From Pseudomonadota bacterium (GTDB taxonomy: Bacteria > Pseudomonadota > Alphaproteobacteria > UBA11222), in NCBI GenBank assembly GCA_036758605.1, contig DAIOWE010000004.1:1-54954 (forward strand): 54,954 bases of DNA, read 5' to 3'. Each line of letters begins with the position of its first letter. Within the stretch, counting starts at the first letter, position 1. Under the pieces are notes generated by a model. It made no database searches and was not told the origin of the DNA. It saw only the letters and a list, made by a program, of their open reading frames with translations. Both the position numbers and the translations under genes were made by a program. Of the stretch, positions 35,586 to 44,396 are shown piece after piece.

Positions 35586-36944
35586 ATGCCCGATAGCAAA
35601 CTCATCTTACCCGTCCCGGCTCATCTGCCGGAGCAACGGGTAACCAGGCTGGTTGAGCCTATTACAAACTTCCTGCAGGTCGAGGCCATGAGCGGCGTCG
35701 TACTGCTGGCGGCCACCGTTGCTGCACTTTTCCTCGCCAACTCCGCCTGGGCTGAATCTTATCTCACATTCTGGAACACGCCTGTTGGCGTCCGCATTGG
35801 ATCACTGGAGATTGCTCACTCCTTAAAGCATGTGATCAATGATGGGCTCATGACACTTTTTTTCTTTGTCGTCGGCCTTGAGATCAAGCGTGAACTTCTT
35901 CTTGGCGAGCTTAAAGACCTACGTGTGGCCGCATTGCCGGTCGCCGCCGCGCTGGGGGGAATGCTTGTGCCGGTGGGCCTCTATTTGTCTTTACAGCTTG
36001 GCGAGCCCGGCGAGAGCGGATGGGGGGTCGTCATGGCAACGGATATTGCCTTTGTTGTGGGCTGCCTCGCGGTTCTGGGAGACCGCGTACCGCGCAGCCT
36101 GCGCATCTTTGTGCTGTCACTCGCAATTATCGACGACATAGGTGCTATTCTTGTGATCGCGATTGGCTACACCGCCAATCTTGATCTCGTGGCGCTTGGT
36201 CTTGGTGTATTTGGCGTTGCCAGCATACTGAGCCTTCGATATCTGGGCGTACGAAGCATCGCAATTTATTACCTCGCCGGCATCCTGACCTGGCTTGCGG
36301 TCTTTGCATCCGGCGTTCATCCCACCATTGTTGGCGTTGTCCTCGGGCTTCTCACGCCGGCGTACGCCTGGGTCGGCTCTTACCGGTTTCAGGCGATTAC
36401 GCACCGGGTAAACGCCTATCTGCGTGGCGAAAGCGCAGCCGGAGCGGAAGCCGACACTCAGGATCATCATGGCCTGCTGCACACCGTCGCGGTTGCCGCA
36501 CGCGAGACGCTGTCACCTCTTGAGCGTCTTGAAACGGCCCTTCACCCGTGGGTGGCCTTTGGGATCATGCCGGTATTTGCGTTTGCCAATGCAGGCATAC
36601 CGGTTACGGCCGCCGGGTTCAGTAATCCACTCGTGCTCGCGGTGATTGCCGGTCTTGTCCTTGGCAAGCCTATCGGCATCGTTGCAGCTAGCTGGATGGC
36701 GGTACGGCTGGGGATTGCAACGCGTCCAGACGAACTCCGCTGGTCAGTGATTGCGGCGGCCGGCGCTCTCTCCGGCATTGGTTTCACGATGGCGTTGTTC
36801 ATTGCCGGACTTGCGTTAGACGAGGGGCTGCTAACAGCTGCAAAACTTGGCATTCTGGTGGCGTCGTTCGTATCCGCAGTAATCGGTCTCGCACTGCTTA
36901 TCGTGTTTCTGGGGCGGGGCCAAACTGCCACGCATCAATCATGA
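35586..36944 (+). CDS. nhaA: Na+/H+ antiporter NhaA
   Basis: The motifs INDGLMTLFFFVVGLEIKRELLLGEL and LSLAIIDDIGAILVIA (the DD motif) and the FANAG segment are hallmark NhaA sequences. Confidence 0.9.
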   Translation: MPDSKLILPVPAHLPEQRVTRLVEPITNFLQVEAMSGVVLLAATVAALFLANSAWAESYLTFWNTPVGVRIGSLEIAHSLKHVINDGLMTLFFFVVGLEIKRELLLGELKDLRVAALPVAAALGGMLVPVGLYLSLQLGEPGESGWGVVMATDIAFVVGCLAVLGDRVPRSLRIFVLSLAIIDDIGAILVIAIGYTANLDLVALGLGVFGVASILSLRYLGVRSIAIYYLAGILTWLAVFASGVHPTIVGVVLGLLTPAYAWVGSYRFQAITHRVNAYLRGESAAGAEADTQDHHGLLHTVAVAARETLSPLERLETALHPWVAFGIMPVFAFANAGIPVTAAGFSNPLVLAVIAGLVLGKPIGIVAASWMAVRLGIATRPDELRWSVIAAAGALSGIGFTMALFIAGLALDEGLLTAAKLGILVASFVSAVIGLALLIVFLGRGQTATHQS

Positions 36945-37072
36945 ATGCATGCGACGCGGCGTCGTTAAAAAACCATTCATAGTTCTGCGTTCTGCGCATT
37001 CTGGTTTTTACGCTGCTGCAAGGATATGCTGCATATTAAAGCGTCGGCTCAGCGGGCACACAAGGATCCCCG

Positions 37073-38482
37073 ATGGAACAATTGTTCGACATTCAGTTCT
37101 ATTATGACCAGTTCATACTTTCACGAAACTGGCTTGTGGAAAATGCGCTTGCGCTGAGTATCGCCTCATTAGGCCAATTGCTGGTCATCGGTTTATTGTT
37201 TCTGGCGGCGCGGCTTATTTCAAAGTACGCGCAGATCCTGCTCAGCGAGCTTGCCAAAACACCGCGTTTCGATGCGCCCTTGCGATGGATATCAACACCA
37301 CAGCGCTGGATAGCGGTTACACTCTTTCCCATAGCGCTGCCGATCCTCTGGCTTATTTTGCAATGGCTGGCGCTTGCAGTCTTCAGTTACTTCGATTTGC
37401 CGAACCAGTTCATACGGACGGCTGTTAACCTGATCGCCGCCTGGATCGTTATTCGCTTTAGCACATCATTTGTCCGCAATGCGGCGATATCACGGATTAT
37501 CGCGGGGATAGCGTGGACGATCGCGGCGCTGAACATTGTCGGGTTGCTTACCCCAACCGTCCAACTGCTGGACAGTCAGGCGTTTAATTTAGGCGGGTTG
37601 CGCATCTCGGCCATGACCGTGATCAATGCGTTGCTGTCGTTGAGTGTAATGTTATGGCTGGCGATTGTTGCCGAACGGTTTCTGGAACAGCGCGTGATGT
37701 CATCGCTTAGCCTGTCACCCTCAATGCAGGTGCTGATCGTAAAGCTGTTCAAGATCTTCGTGGTTACCGCGGCGGTCCTGGTGGCGTTATACGCCGTCGG
37801 CATTGATCTGACGGTGTTTGCAGTTTTTAGCGGCGCCATAGGGATTGGCATTGGTTTTGGCCTGCAAAAGGCGGTTGCGAATTTCGTAAGCGGCATCACC
37901 ATCCTGGTGGAACGTTCGATAAAGCTGGGCGATGTAATCTCTGTTGGTGAAACCTATGGCTGGGTCAACACGCTGGGCGCGCGCTTTGTTTCCGTGCTGA
38001 CGCGCGACGGCATAGAATATCTGATCCCAAACGAAGATTTACTCACCCAGCAGGTTATCAACTGGTCATACAGCAATAACCAGGTCCGGTTAAAGGTGCC
38101 CGTCGGTATTTCCTACCAGGCCGACGTTCACAAGGCGATAGCGCTATGTATTGAAGCCGCCAAGGAATCTCCGCGCGTACTTGCCGAGCCGGCGCCGGTA
38201 TGCCTGCTTAAAGGGTTTGGGGACAATGCGGTGGAACTTGAACAACGCTTCTGGATCAGAGATGCGCGCAATGGCGTCACAAATGTCAAAAGCGAAGTGC
38301 TGTTGCGCATTTGGGACAAGTTCAAGGCCAACAATATAGAGATACCGTTCCCGCAGCGCGATCTGCACTTCAAGTCACCCCTGAAGGTCGACGTCACAAC
38401 GCATCAGAATGACGTTGCTTCTGCGGTCATTGAGGGCAGAACTGAATTAAAGATGAACCTCCCGCCAAATAGCGCCGGATAA
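37073..38482 (+). CDS. mechanosensitive ion channel family protein (MscS-like), copy B
   Basis: The 469-aa product is colinear with the 14016..15413 product over its whole length, roughly three-quarters identical by eye. It has the same GIGIGFGLQKAVANFVSGITIL core. Confidence 0.85.
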   Translation: MEQLFDIQFYYDQFILSRNWLVENALALSIASLGQLLVIGLLFLAARLISKYAQILLSELAKTPRFDAPLRWISTPQRWIAVTLFPIALPILWLILQWLALAVFSYFDLPNQFIRTAVNLIAAWIVIRFSTSFVRNAAISRIIAGIAWTIAALNIVGLLTPTVQLLDSQAFNLGGLRISAMTVINALLSLSVMLWLAIVAERFLEQRVMSSLSLSPSMQVLIVKLFKIFVVTAAVLVALYAVGIDLTVFAVFSGAIGIGIGFGLQKAVANFVSGITILVERSIKLGDVISVGETYGWVNTLGARFVSVLTRDGIEYLIPNEDLLTQQVINWSYSNNQVRLKVPVGISYQADVHKAIALCIEAAKESPRVLAEPAPVCLLKGFGDNAVELEQRFWIRDARNGVTNVKSEVLLRIWDKFKANNIEIPFPQRDLHFKSPLKVDVTTHQNDVASAVIEGRTELKMNLPPNSAG

Positions 38483-38486
38483 GTAT

Positions 38487-39007
38487 TCAAAGCGGCCATA
38501 CCAGCAGGATCATCGGTATGCTGACAGCCAGCACAAGGATCTCCAATGGCAAACCCAGGCGCCAGTAATCTCCGAAGCGGAACCCCCCCGGCCCAAGGAT
38601 CAGGGTATTGTTCTGGTGTCCAATGGGCGTGAGAAAGGCGCAGGACGCACCCACCGCAACGGCCATCAGAAATGGATCCGCATTTACGCCCAGCTGATTT
38701 GCCGTGCCGATGGCGATCGGGCACATCAGCGCCGCCGTAGCGGTATTGTTCATAAAATCTGATAAAGTCATTGTGACGACGAGGATCAGCACCAGGCCAG
38801 GCACTGCATAAGCACAAGAACACATGCGACAGTAATGACAGCGGGATGGCCAAATCCGGTAAAAGCTTCCGCCGCCGACACCACGCCCGCAAGCACACAG
38901 GCCAGCAAGGCGCCTAACGCCACCATATCATGGCGCCAGCGGCCCCACAGAAATGCAGCAATCGTGGCCGCAAGAATGGCGCTTATTACAGCCTGTTCCG
39001 TGGTCAA
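38487..39007 (-). pseudogene. SLC13/DASS permease gene inactivated by a large internal deletion
   Basis: A TTG at 39007, preceded by GGAG, opens (M)TTEQAVISAILAATIAAFLWGRWRHDMVALGALLACVLAGVV...GFGHPAVITVACVLVL, matching residues 1 to ~65 of the 15425..17263 protein. The frame then stops. A different frame (38487-38800) encodes LVLILVVTMTLSDFMNNTATAALMCPIA...ILLVWPL, matching the last ~105 residues. The central ~430 codons, including the TrkA-C domains, are missing. Confidence 0.85.
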
Positions 39008-39147
39008 TATTAAACTCCGGCAAATGCGCTGCATGAGCACCGTAATCACGCAAAATACGGCGGCATAGAATGATCTATGTCCCAAATCATATTTTTAGGG
39101 TGCGAGCGGGCTATGCCGGCATTTCAGATAATAAAACGCCGGCCCTG

Positions 39148-40404
39148 TCAATCACCCGTACCGCTGACGTTACGAAAATCCAGCGAGGTCGGATCCTGAA
39201 ACAGCCTGAGGCCGAACTCTGGCAAGATCGCTAGAAGATGATCGAACATATCGGCCTGGATCGCTTCGTACGCATTCCATTCAGTGGTTTTGGAGAAACA
39301 ATAAATCTGGATCGGCAGGCCGGTTTGTGTTGGAGCGAGTTGCCGGATCAGCAGCGTCTTGTCCTGCGCAATGCCCGGATGCGACTTAAGATAGGCGATC
39401 ACATAGGCGCGAAAAGTTCCGATATTGGTTGTGCGGCGTTTGTTGACGTCATTCTGGCTGATGTTCAGGGGTTCGGCGTTCCATTCAAGCAGCTCATTTT
39501 CCTTGCTTTCCAGATAGTGGGCCAGCAGCTCAATGCGGTGCATGGCGTCCCATTGTTCAGGGGACAGAAAGTGTATGCCGCGCTGATCAATAAGCAATGA
39601 CCGCTGTATCCGCCGTCCCCCGGATTCGAACATCCCGCGCCAATTTTTATAGGATTCGGCAATCAACCTGTAAGTTGGAATGGTGGTGATTGTCTTGTCC
39701 CAGTTCTGTACCTTTACCGTGTGCAGGGCGATATCGATTACGTCGCCATCCGCATTAAGCTGCGGCATTTCAATCCAGTCACCCACACGAAGCATGTCAT
39801 TGGAATTAAGTTGAACGGATGCGACGAGAGAGAGGATGGTGTCCTTGAACACCAGAAGCAGAATCGCCGCCATGGCGCCCAGACCCGAAATGAGAAGTAC
39901 TGGAGAGCGGTCGATCAGTGTTGCTATTATTAATATCGCCGCAACGCCGTATATGATTATCTTGCCGACTTCCAAAAATCCCTTGATAGGCTGGTTTCCA
40001 GCATCAGGGCGCTGCTCATAAATATAATTCACGAGGGTCAGGCCTGCACCCATCGCCAGCGTGATTGCCAGAATGATGAACGCTGCGGCAACATTTTGAA
40101 CTGCGATGACCAGCTGCTCCGGAATGTCAGGCACCAGGATCACACCCAGTTGAATGACGAGCGCGGGCACAATATTGGATAGCCGTTTTATTATGACGCC
40201 CAATAACGGTGTTGAGGCGAAGACAGACAAGCGCGCGAGTACCCGCATGAGGATCTGTACAATGATGCGTTTGGTGATCCAGTTTGCGACAATCATAACT
40301 GCAACAAGCAGTAGGACGGCCAGTGCGGTAGCAGCAAAGGGCTGTGAATCCGGCGGCAGTGAAAAGTAAGTGATAATTTTCTCCAAGATGATTAGCCGGG
40401 TCAA
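39148..40404 (-). CDS. mechanosensitive ion channel family protein (YbdG/MscM-like), copy B
   Basis: The product is colinear with and highly similar to the 17332..18603 product (LVASVQLNSNDMLRVGDWIEMPQLNADGDVIDIALHTVKVQNWDKTITTIPTYRLI). The start is a TTG at either 40404 (overlapping the ectR stop, TTGA) or 40386. Confidence 0.8.
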   Translation of the reverse strand: MTRLIILEKIITYFSLPPDSQPFAATALAVLLLVAVMIVANWITKRIIVQILMRVLARLSVFASTPLLGVIIKRLSNIVPALVIQLGVILVPDIPEQLVIAVQNVAAAFIILAITLAMGAGLTLVNYIYEQRPDAGNQPIKGFLEVGKIIIYGVAAILIIATLIDRSPVLLISGLGAMAAILLLVFKDTILSLVASVQLNSNDMLRVGDWIEMPQLNADGDVIDIALHTVKVQNWDKTITTIPTYRLIAESYKNWRGMFESGGRRIQRSLLIDQRGIHFLSPEQWDAMHRIELLAHYLESKENELLEWNAEPLNISQNDVNKRRTTNIGTFRAYVIAYLKSHPGIAQDKTLLIRQLAPTQTGLPIQIYCFSKTTEWNAYEAIQADMFDHLLAILPEFGLRLFQDPTSLDFRNVSGTGD

Positions 40405-40904
40405 CCGGCTGAGGGACCCGGGCGGTCAATTTTACCCGCATCTATCACTGGCGCGGCGTCACTTGTATCGGCATTCAGTAACGCCGTCAGCCGTTCAAGC
40501 ATGGCGGCGATCATTGCCTGTTCCCAGTCGGGCAACGCCTCATAACTTGCCTGGAACGTGTCTTGCAGCATATCTGGCGCCGCCGACAATACAGAACGCC
40601 CTTTGGCGGTAATCGTGACCCAAACCTGACGCCGGTCCTGTTCGCCGCGCCTGCGGACAACCAGACCATTCTGCTCGAGCCTGTCGACAATATTGGTCAC
40701 CGTCGCGTGTCCAAAGCGCACAGCTGTGGAAATCGCGCCTGCTGTTGTTTTTTCGTGCCGGGCCACCTCCTGCAATACCACAAGTTGAGAGGGCGTGAGG
40801 CCCGTGGCCGCGGCCAGCCGCTTGCCTCCCAATTCCACCGCACGGATCAGGCTCCTGATTGCGCGCAACACGGATTCCGTTCGGTGCTTGTAATTTACCA
40901 TCAT
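40401..40904 (-). CDS. ectR: MarR-family transcriptional regulator, EctR-like
   Basis: The ATG at 40904/40901 (MMVNYKHRTESVLRAIRSLIRAVE...) is preferred over the track start at 40991, which lies in AT-rich promoter DNA. The winged-helix core is LTPSQLVVLQEVARHEKTTAGAIS...ATVTNIVDRLEQNGLVVRRR. It is divergent from ectA. Confidence 0.75.
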   Translation of the reverse strand: MMVNYKHRTESVLRAIRSLIRAVELGGKRLAAATGLTPSQLVVLQEVARHEKTTAGAISTAVRFGHATVTNIVDRLEQNGLVVRRRGEQDRRQVWVTITAKGRSVLSAAPDMLQDTFQASYEALPDWEQAMIAAMLERLTALLNADTSDAAPVIDAGKIDRPGPSAG

Positions 40905-40937
40905 AAAAATCCCGTTATAAAACTTAAAACAGTAAAA

Positions 40938-40958
40938 ATATTTCACATATTGAAATAT
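40938..40958. promoter_or_regulatory. inverted repeat in the ectR-ectA intergenic region (candidate EctR operator)
   Basis: The sequence ATATTTCA-catat-TGAAATAT is a perfect 8-bp inverted repeat with a 5-bp spacer. It lies 34-54 nt upstream of the ectR start, inside a ~250-bp AT-rich divergent promoter region that also contains a TATAAT at 41088-41093. Confidence 0.3.
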
Positions 40959-41152
40959 ATTTTTATCCGAAAAATCAAAAACATAGTTCAATTTTCAAAT
41001 AAAATATCGCGTATTTACGGCTTTCTCCTTGCAATTTCCTTTCCGAAGTGAAAGACTGCATCCATACAAGCACCAGAATATATTTTGTATAATAAAATAT
41101 TTAAATAAGAAAATAAATTACGTCGAATAGCCAACTAACAGAGGAGGGTGTT

Positions 41153-41692
41153 GTGCGCCTTTCCGATACAGGAACATTGGATCAGCCGATAGAGACGCTT
41201 GTTTTCCGCACTCCCACAGCGAACGATGGTCCCGCCATTTCGCGGCTGATTGCGTCGTGCCCACCCCTCGATTCCAATTCGTTATACTGCAATCTATTGC
41301 AGTGTACACATTTCGCCAGCACCTGCATTCTGGCTGAACATACCGGCGGCATTGCCGGTTGGATTTCGGGATACCGCCCGCCGCAAGAGCCCGGCAGCAT
41401 GTTCGTCTGGCAGGTCGCTGTTCACGAATCCGCGCGCGGCCAGGGCCTTGGCCAACGTTTGCTTAATGAGCTTTTCCTGCTTCCCGGGGTGCGCGGCGCC
41501 ACACGTCTGATCACCACCGTCACCCCCTCCAACACAGCCTCCCGCAGAATGTTTGAGGGCTTTGCAAACCATCACCGGGCGGTGCTGCAAGCTCGCCCGC
41601 ATTTCAGGAGCGACGTCCACTTTGGCGGCGCACATGAGTCCGAAGAGTTGATTTCTATCGGGCCGATCAGGGTGTCCCAAAATACGCCCTGA
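41153..41692 (+). CDS. ectA: L-2,4-diaminobutyrate acetyltransferase
   Basis: The gene has a GTG start preceded by GAGGAGGG. The motifs FRTPTANDGPAISRLIASCPPLDSNSLYCNLLQCTHF and MFVWQVAVHESARGQGLG are typical EctA/GNAT motifs. Confidence 0.9.
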   Translation: MRLSDTGTLDQPIETLVFRTPTANDGPAISRLIASCPPLDSNSLYCNLLQCTHFASTCILAEHTGGIAGWISGYRPPQEPGSMFVWQVAVHESARGQGLGQRLLNELFLLPGVRGATRLITTVTPSNTASRRMFEGFANHHRAVLQARPHFRSDVHFGGAHESEELISIGPIRVSQNTP

Positions 41693-41716
41693 TATTACCA
41701 GAGAGAGGAAAATGTC

Positions 41717-43027
41717 ATGATAGTTTCACCGGCGCCTTCGAATGCGAAACCCGATATATCAGTCTATGAACGCCTGGAATCAAATGTGCGAAGCTATTGC
41801 CGCGCGATACCGCGCCAGTTCGTGCGTGCCGAAGGGCCATGGATGTATGACAGCAAGGGCGGCCGCTATCTTGATTTTCTATCCGGCTGCAGCAGCCTCA
41901 ATTATGGACATAACCACCCGGTCCTGAAGCAGGCGCTGCTCGATTATATCAATGCTGACGGCGTGACCCACAGCCTGGACATGCATACGAACGCGAAGCA
42001 GGCATTCCTTGAGGAACTGGAGGCAACCATACTGAAGCCCCGCAGCCTGAAATATAAGGTGATGTTCCCCGGACCGACCGGCACCAATGCGGTCGAAGCG
42101 GCGCTTAAGCTGGCCCGAAAGGTGACAGGACGCTCCAATGTCATCGCCTTCACCAATGGATTTCATGGCATGACGCTTGGCTCGCTCGCATGCACCGGGA
42201 ACGAGAGCAAACGCGGCGGCGCAGGCGTCACACTTACGCATGTCAGCCATGAGCCGTTCGACGGCTATTTCGGCGATGACATCGACACCGCCGACATGCT
42301 GGAGCGGCGCCTCAATGATTCGTCCAGCGGGCTGGACCCGGCTTGCGCGATTCTGGTTGAAACTGTTCAGGGCGAAGGCGGTCTCAACGTGGCGTCGCCA
42401 GAATGGCTGCGCAAGATCGCACGCATCGCGAAGGCGCATGGCGCATTGCTGATCGTTGATGACATTCAGGCCGGATGCGGCCGCACCGGCGGATTTTTCA
42501 GTTTCGAAAAATCCGGCGTCAAGCCGGACATCGTCACCATGGCGAAATCACTTTCCGGGATGGGGCTGCCTTTCGCGCTTACCCTTTTCAGTCCGGAACT
42601 GGACCAATGGAATCCCGGCGAGCACAACGGCACTTTTCGCGGCAACTGCCATGCCTTTGTGACCGCGACGGCGGCGCTCCGGCATTTCTGGCGAACGGAC
42701 AGTTTCGCGGCCGATGTGCAGCGGCGCGCGGACTTGCTTGCCAATACCCTTGAACAGATTGTCGCGGATCACAATGGCCGGCTCAAAATCAAGGGCCGCG
42801 GCATGATGTTGGGCATTGATGCCGGATCCGGAAAAATTGCGGCCGCCATCACACGGACGGCGTTCCAGAAAGGCCTGATCATTGAAACCAGCGGCGCCGA
42901 AGATGAAGTTGTCAAAGTGCTGGCGCCGCTTACCATCGAGGATGATGTTTTTGCGGCCGGCCTCAGCATTCTGCGGCAGGCCTTCCACACTGTTCTTTCC
43001 CAGAGCCATTTCATGGCCGCAGAATAG
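41717..43027 (+). CDS. ectB: diaminobutyrate--2-oxoglutarate transaminase
   Basis: The motifs [31 protein letters not shown] and [11 protein letters not shown]...VTMAKSLSG (PLP lysine region) are present. Confidence 0.9.
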   Translation: MIVSPAPSNAKPDISVYERLESNVRSYCRAIPRQFVRAEGPWMYDSKGGRYLDFLSGCSSLNYGHNHPVLKQALLDYINADGVTHSLDMHTNAKQAFLEELEATILKPRSLKYKVMFPGPTGTNAVEAALKLARKVTGRSNVIAFTNGFHGMTLGSLACTGNESKRGGAGVTLTHVSHEPFDGYFGDDIDTADMLERRLNDSSSGLDPACAILVETVQGEGGLNVASPEWLRKIARIAKAHGALLIVDDIQAGCGRTGGFFSFEKSGVKPDIVTMAKSLSGMGLPFALTLFSPELDQWNPGEHNGTFRGNCHAFVTATAALRHFWRTDSFAADVQRRADLLANTLEQIVADHNGRLKIKGRGMMLGIDAGSGKIAAAITRTAFQKGLIIETSGAEDEVVKVLAPLTIEDDVFAAGLSILRQAFHTVLSQSHFMAAE

Positions 43028-43040
43028 GAAAACTATCCAG

Positions 43041-43430
43041 ATGCTGATCAAAAGACTTGATGAAATCCGCAAATCCGACCGGAATGTCACGGACAAGGGT
43101 TGGGAAAGCAGCCGTCTGCTTCTGAAAGAAGACGGCATGGGGTTCTCCTTTCACATTACAACATTAAAGGCGGGTGGTGAATGGACTTTCCATTATCAGC
43201 ACCACCTTGAGGCCGTGTTCGTAATCAGCGGCACGGGCAGTGTAACGGAATTGGCCACCGGCACAGTTCACCAGCTTGCGCCTGGCACGCTCTACGCTCT
43301 GAACGAACATGATCACCATACCCTGCGCGCCGAAACCGAACTGGTGACGGTCTGTGTTTTCAATCCGCCGGTGACCGGAAATGAAGTGCACGACGAAACC
43401 GGCGCCTACCGGCTAACCGAAACGGTTTAG
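43041..43430 (+). CDS. ectC: L-ectoine synthase
   Basis: The ATG at 43041 gives [66 protein letters not shown], a 129-aa cupin. The track ORF starting at 42882 overlaps ectB and is over-extended. Confidence 0.9.
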   Translation: MLIKRLDEIRKSDRNVTDKGWESSRLLLKEDGMGFSFHITTLKAGGEWTFHYQHHLEAVFVISGTGSVTELATGTVHQLAPGTLYALNEHDHHTLRAETELVTVCVFNPPVTGNEVHDETGAYRLTETV

Positions 43431-43478
43431 CAAGTCTGTGCATCAGCAGCATGCACCAGCCAATCTGAGACGCATAAA

Positions 43479-44396
43479 ATGACCGATCTTTATCCCTCCC
43501 GCGGCCAAGGCATACCGGAACTTATTTCCCGGTGTGATCCTGTCGTTCACAACACTTGGCATGAAAGCGCGCCAATCAACCTGGCCCAGACGCAGAAGTT
43601 TGAGCGCGACGGCTATCTGGAACTTGATAATCTGTTCACAGATGATGAAGTTGCAGTTCTGCAGTCGGAAACGGCAAAGCTGCTTGCAGATCCACACGCG
43701 CTTGCCGCAGAGACCGTCATTACCGAACCCGGTGAACGGGAAATCCGTTCGATCTTCATGATCCACCGGCAAAACGCCGTGATGGCGCGGCTAGCGGCGG
43801 ACGAGCGTCTGGCAGGGGTCGCGCGCTTCCTTCTGGGCGATGATGTCTATATCCACCAATCACGGCTGAACTATAAGCCGGGTTTTCAGGGCAAGGAGTT
43901 TTACTGGCATTCCGATTTCGAAACCTGGCATATCGAGGATGGCATGCCGCGAATGCGCGCGCTTTCGATGTCCATATTGCTTTCGCCGAATACCGTTCAT
44001 AATGGCCCGCTGATGCTGATTCCCGGATCGCACAAAAAATTCCTGAGTTGCATCGGGGAAACCCCTGAAAACCATTACCAGATGTCGCTCAAGCGGCAGG
44101 AATATGGTGTACCAGACCAGAACAGCCTGGCCGAACTGGCGGTCGAGCATGGCATTGTTGCGCCCCTTGGTGATCCCGGCACGGTGATCATTTTTGATTG
44201 CAATATAATGCATGGGTCCAACGGCAACATCACCCCCTTTCCACGCGCCAATGCCTTCATGGTTTATAACGCTGTGTCTAACCGGCTTGTGGCCCCGTTT
44301 GGCCCAAAAACGCCACGCCCCGAATTCATCGCCGCACGCAAGCACACGCCAGTGATAGAAAAGCCCGTCCTCACATTGCTTGAGGTCGCGGCATGA
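43479..44396 (+). CDS. ectD: ectoine hydroxylase
   Basis: The motifs DLYPSRG and FYWHSDFETWHIEDGMPRMRALSMSILLSPNTVHNGPLMLIPGSH form the EctD signature with the 2-His-1-carboxylate site. Confidence 0.9.
   Translation: MTDLYPSRGQGIPELISRCDPVVHNTWHESAPINLAQTQKFERDGYLELDNLFTDDEVAVLQSETAKLLADPHALAAETVITEPGEREIRSIFMIHRQNAVMARLAADERLAGVARFLLGDDVYIHQSRLNYKPGFQGKEFYWHSDFETWHIEDGMPRMRALSMSILLSPNTVHNGPLMLIPGSHKKFLSCIGETPENHYQMSLKRQEYGVPDQNSLAELAVEHGIVAPLGDPGTVIIFDCNIMHGSNGNITPFPRANAFMVYNAVSNRLVAPFGPKTPRPEFIAARKHTPVIEKPVLTLLEVAA

Noticed and set aside
36945-37072. Small hairpins (cgacg-cgg-cgtcg; gcagc...gctgc) between nhaA and the copy-B MscS gene as terminators
   Set aside because: The stems are short and no T-run follows, so they are not distinguishable from chance.
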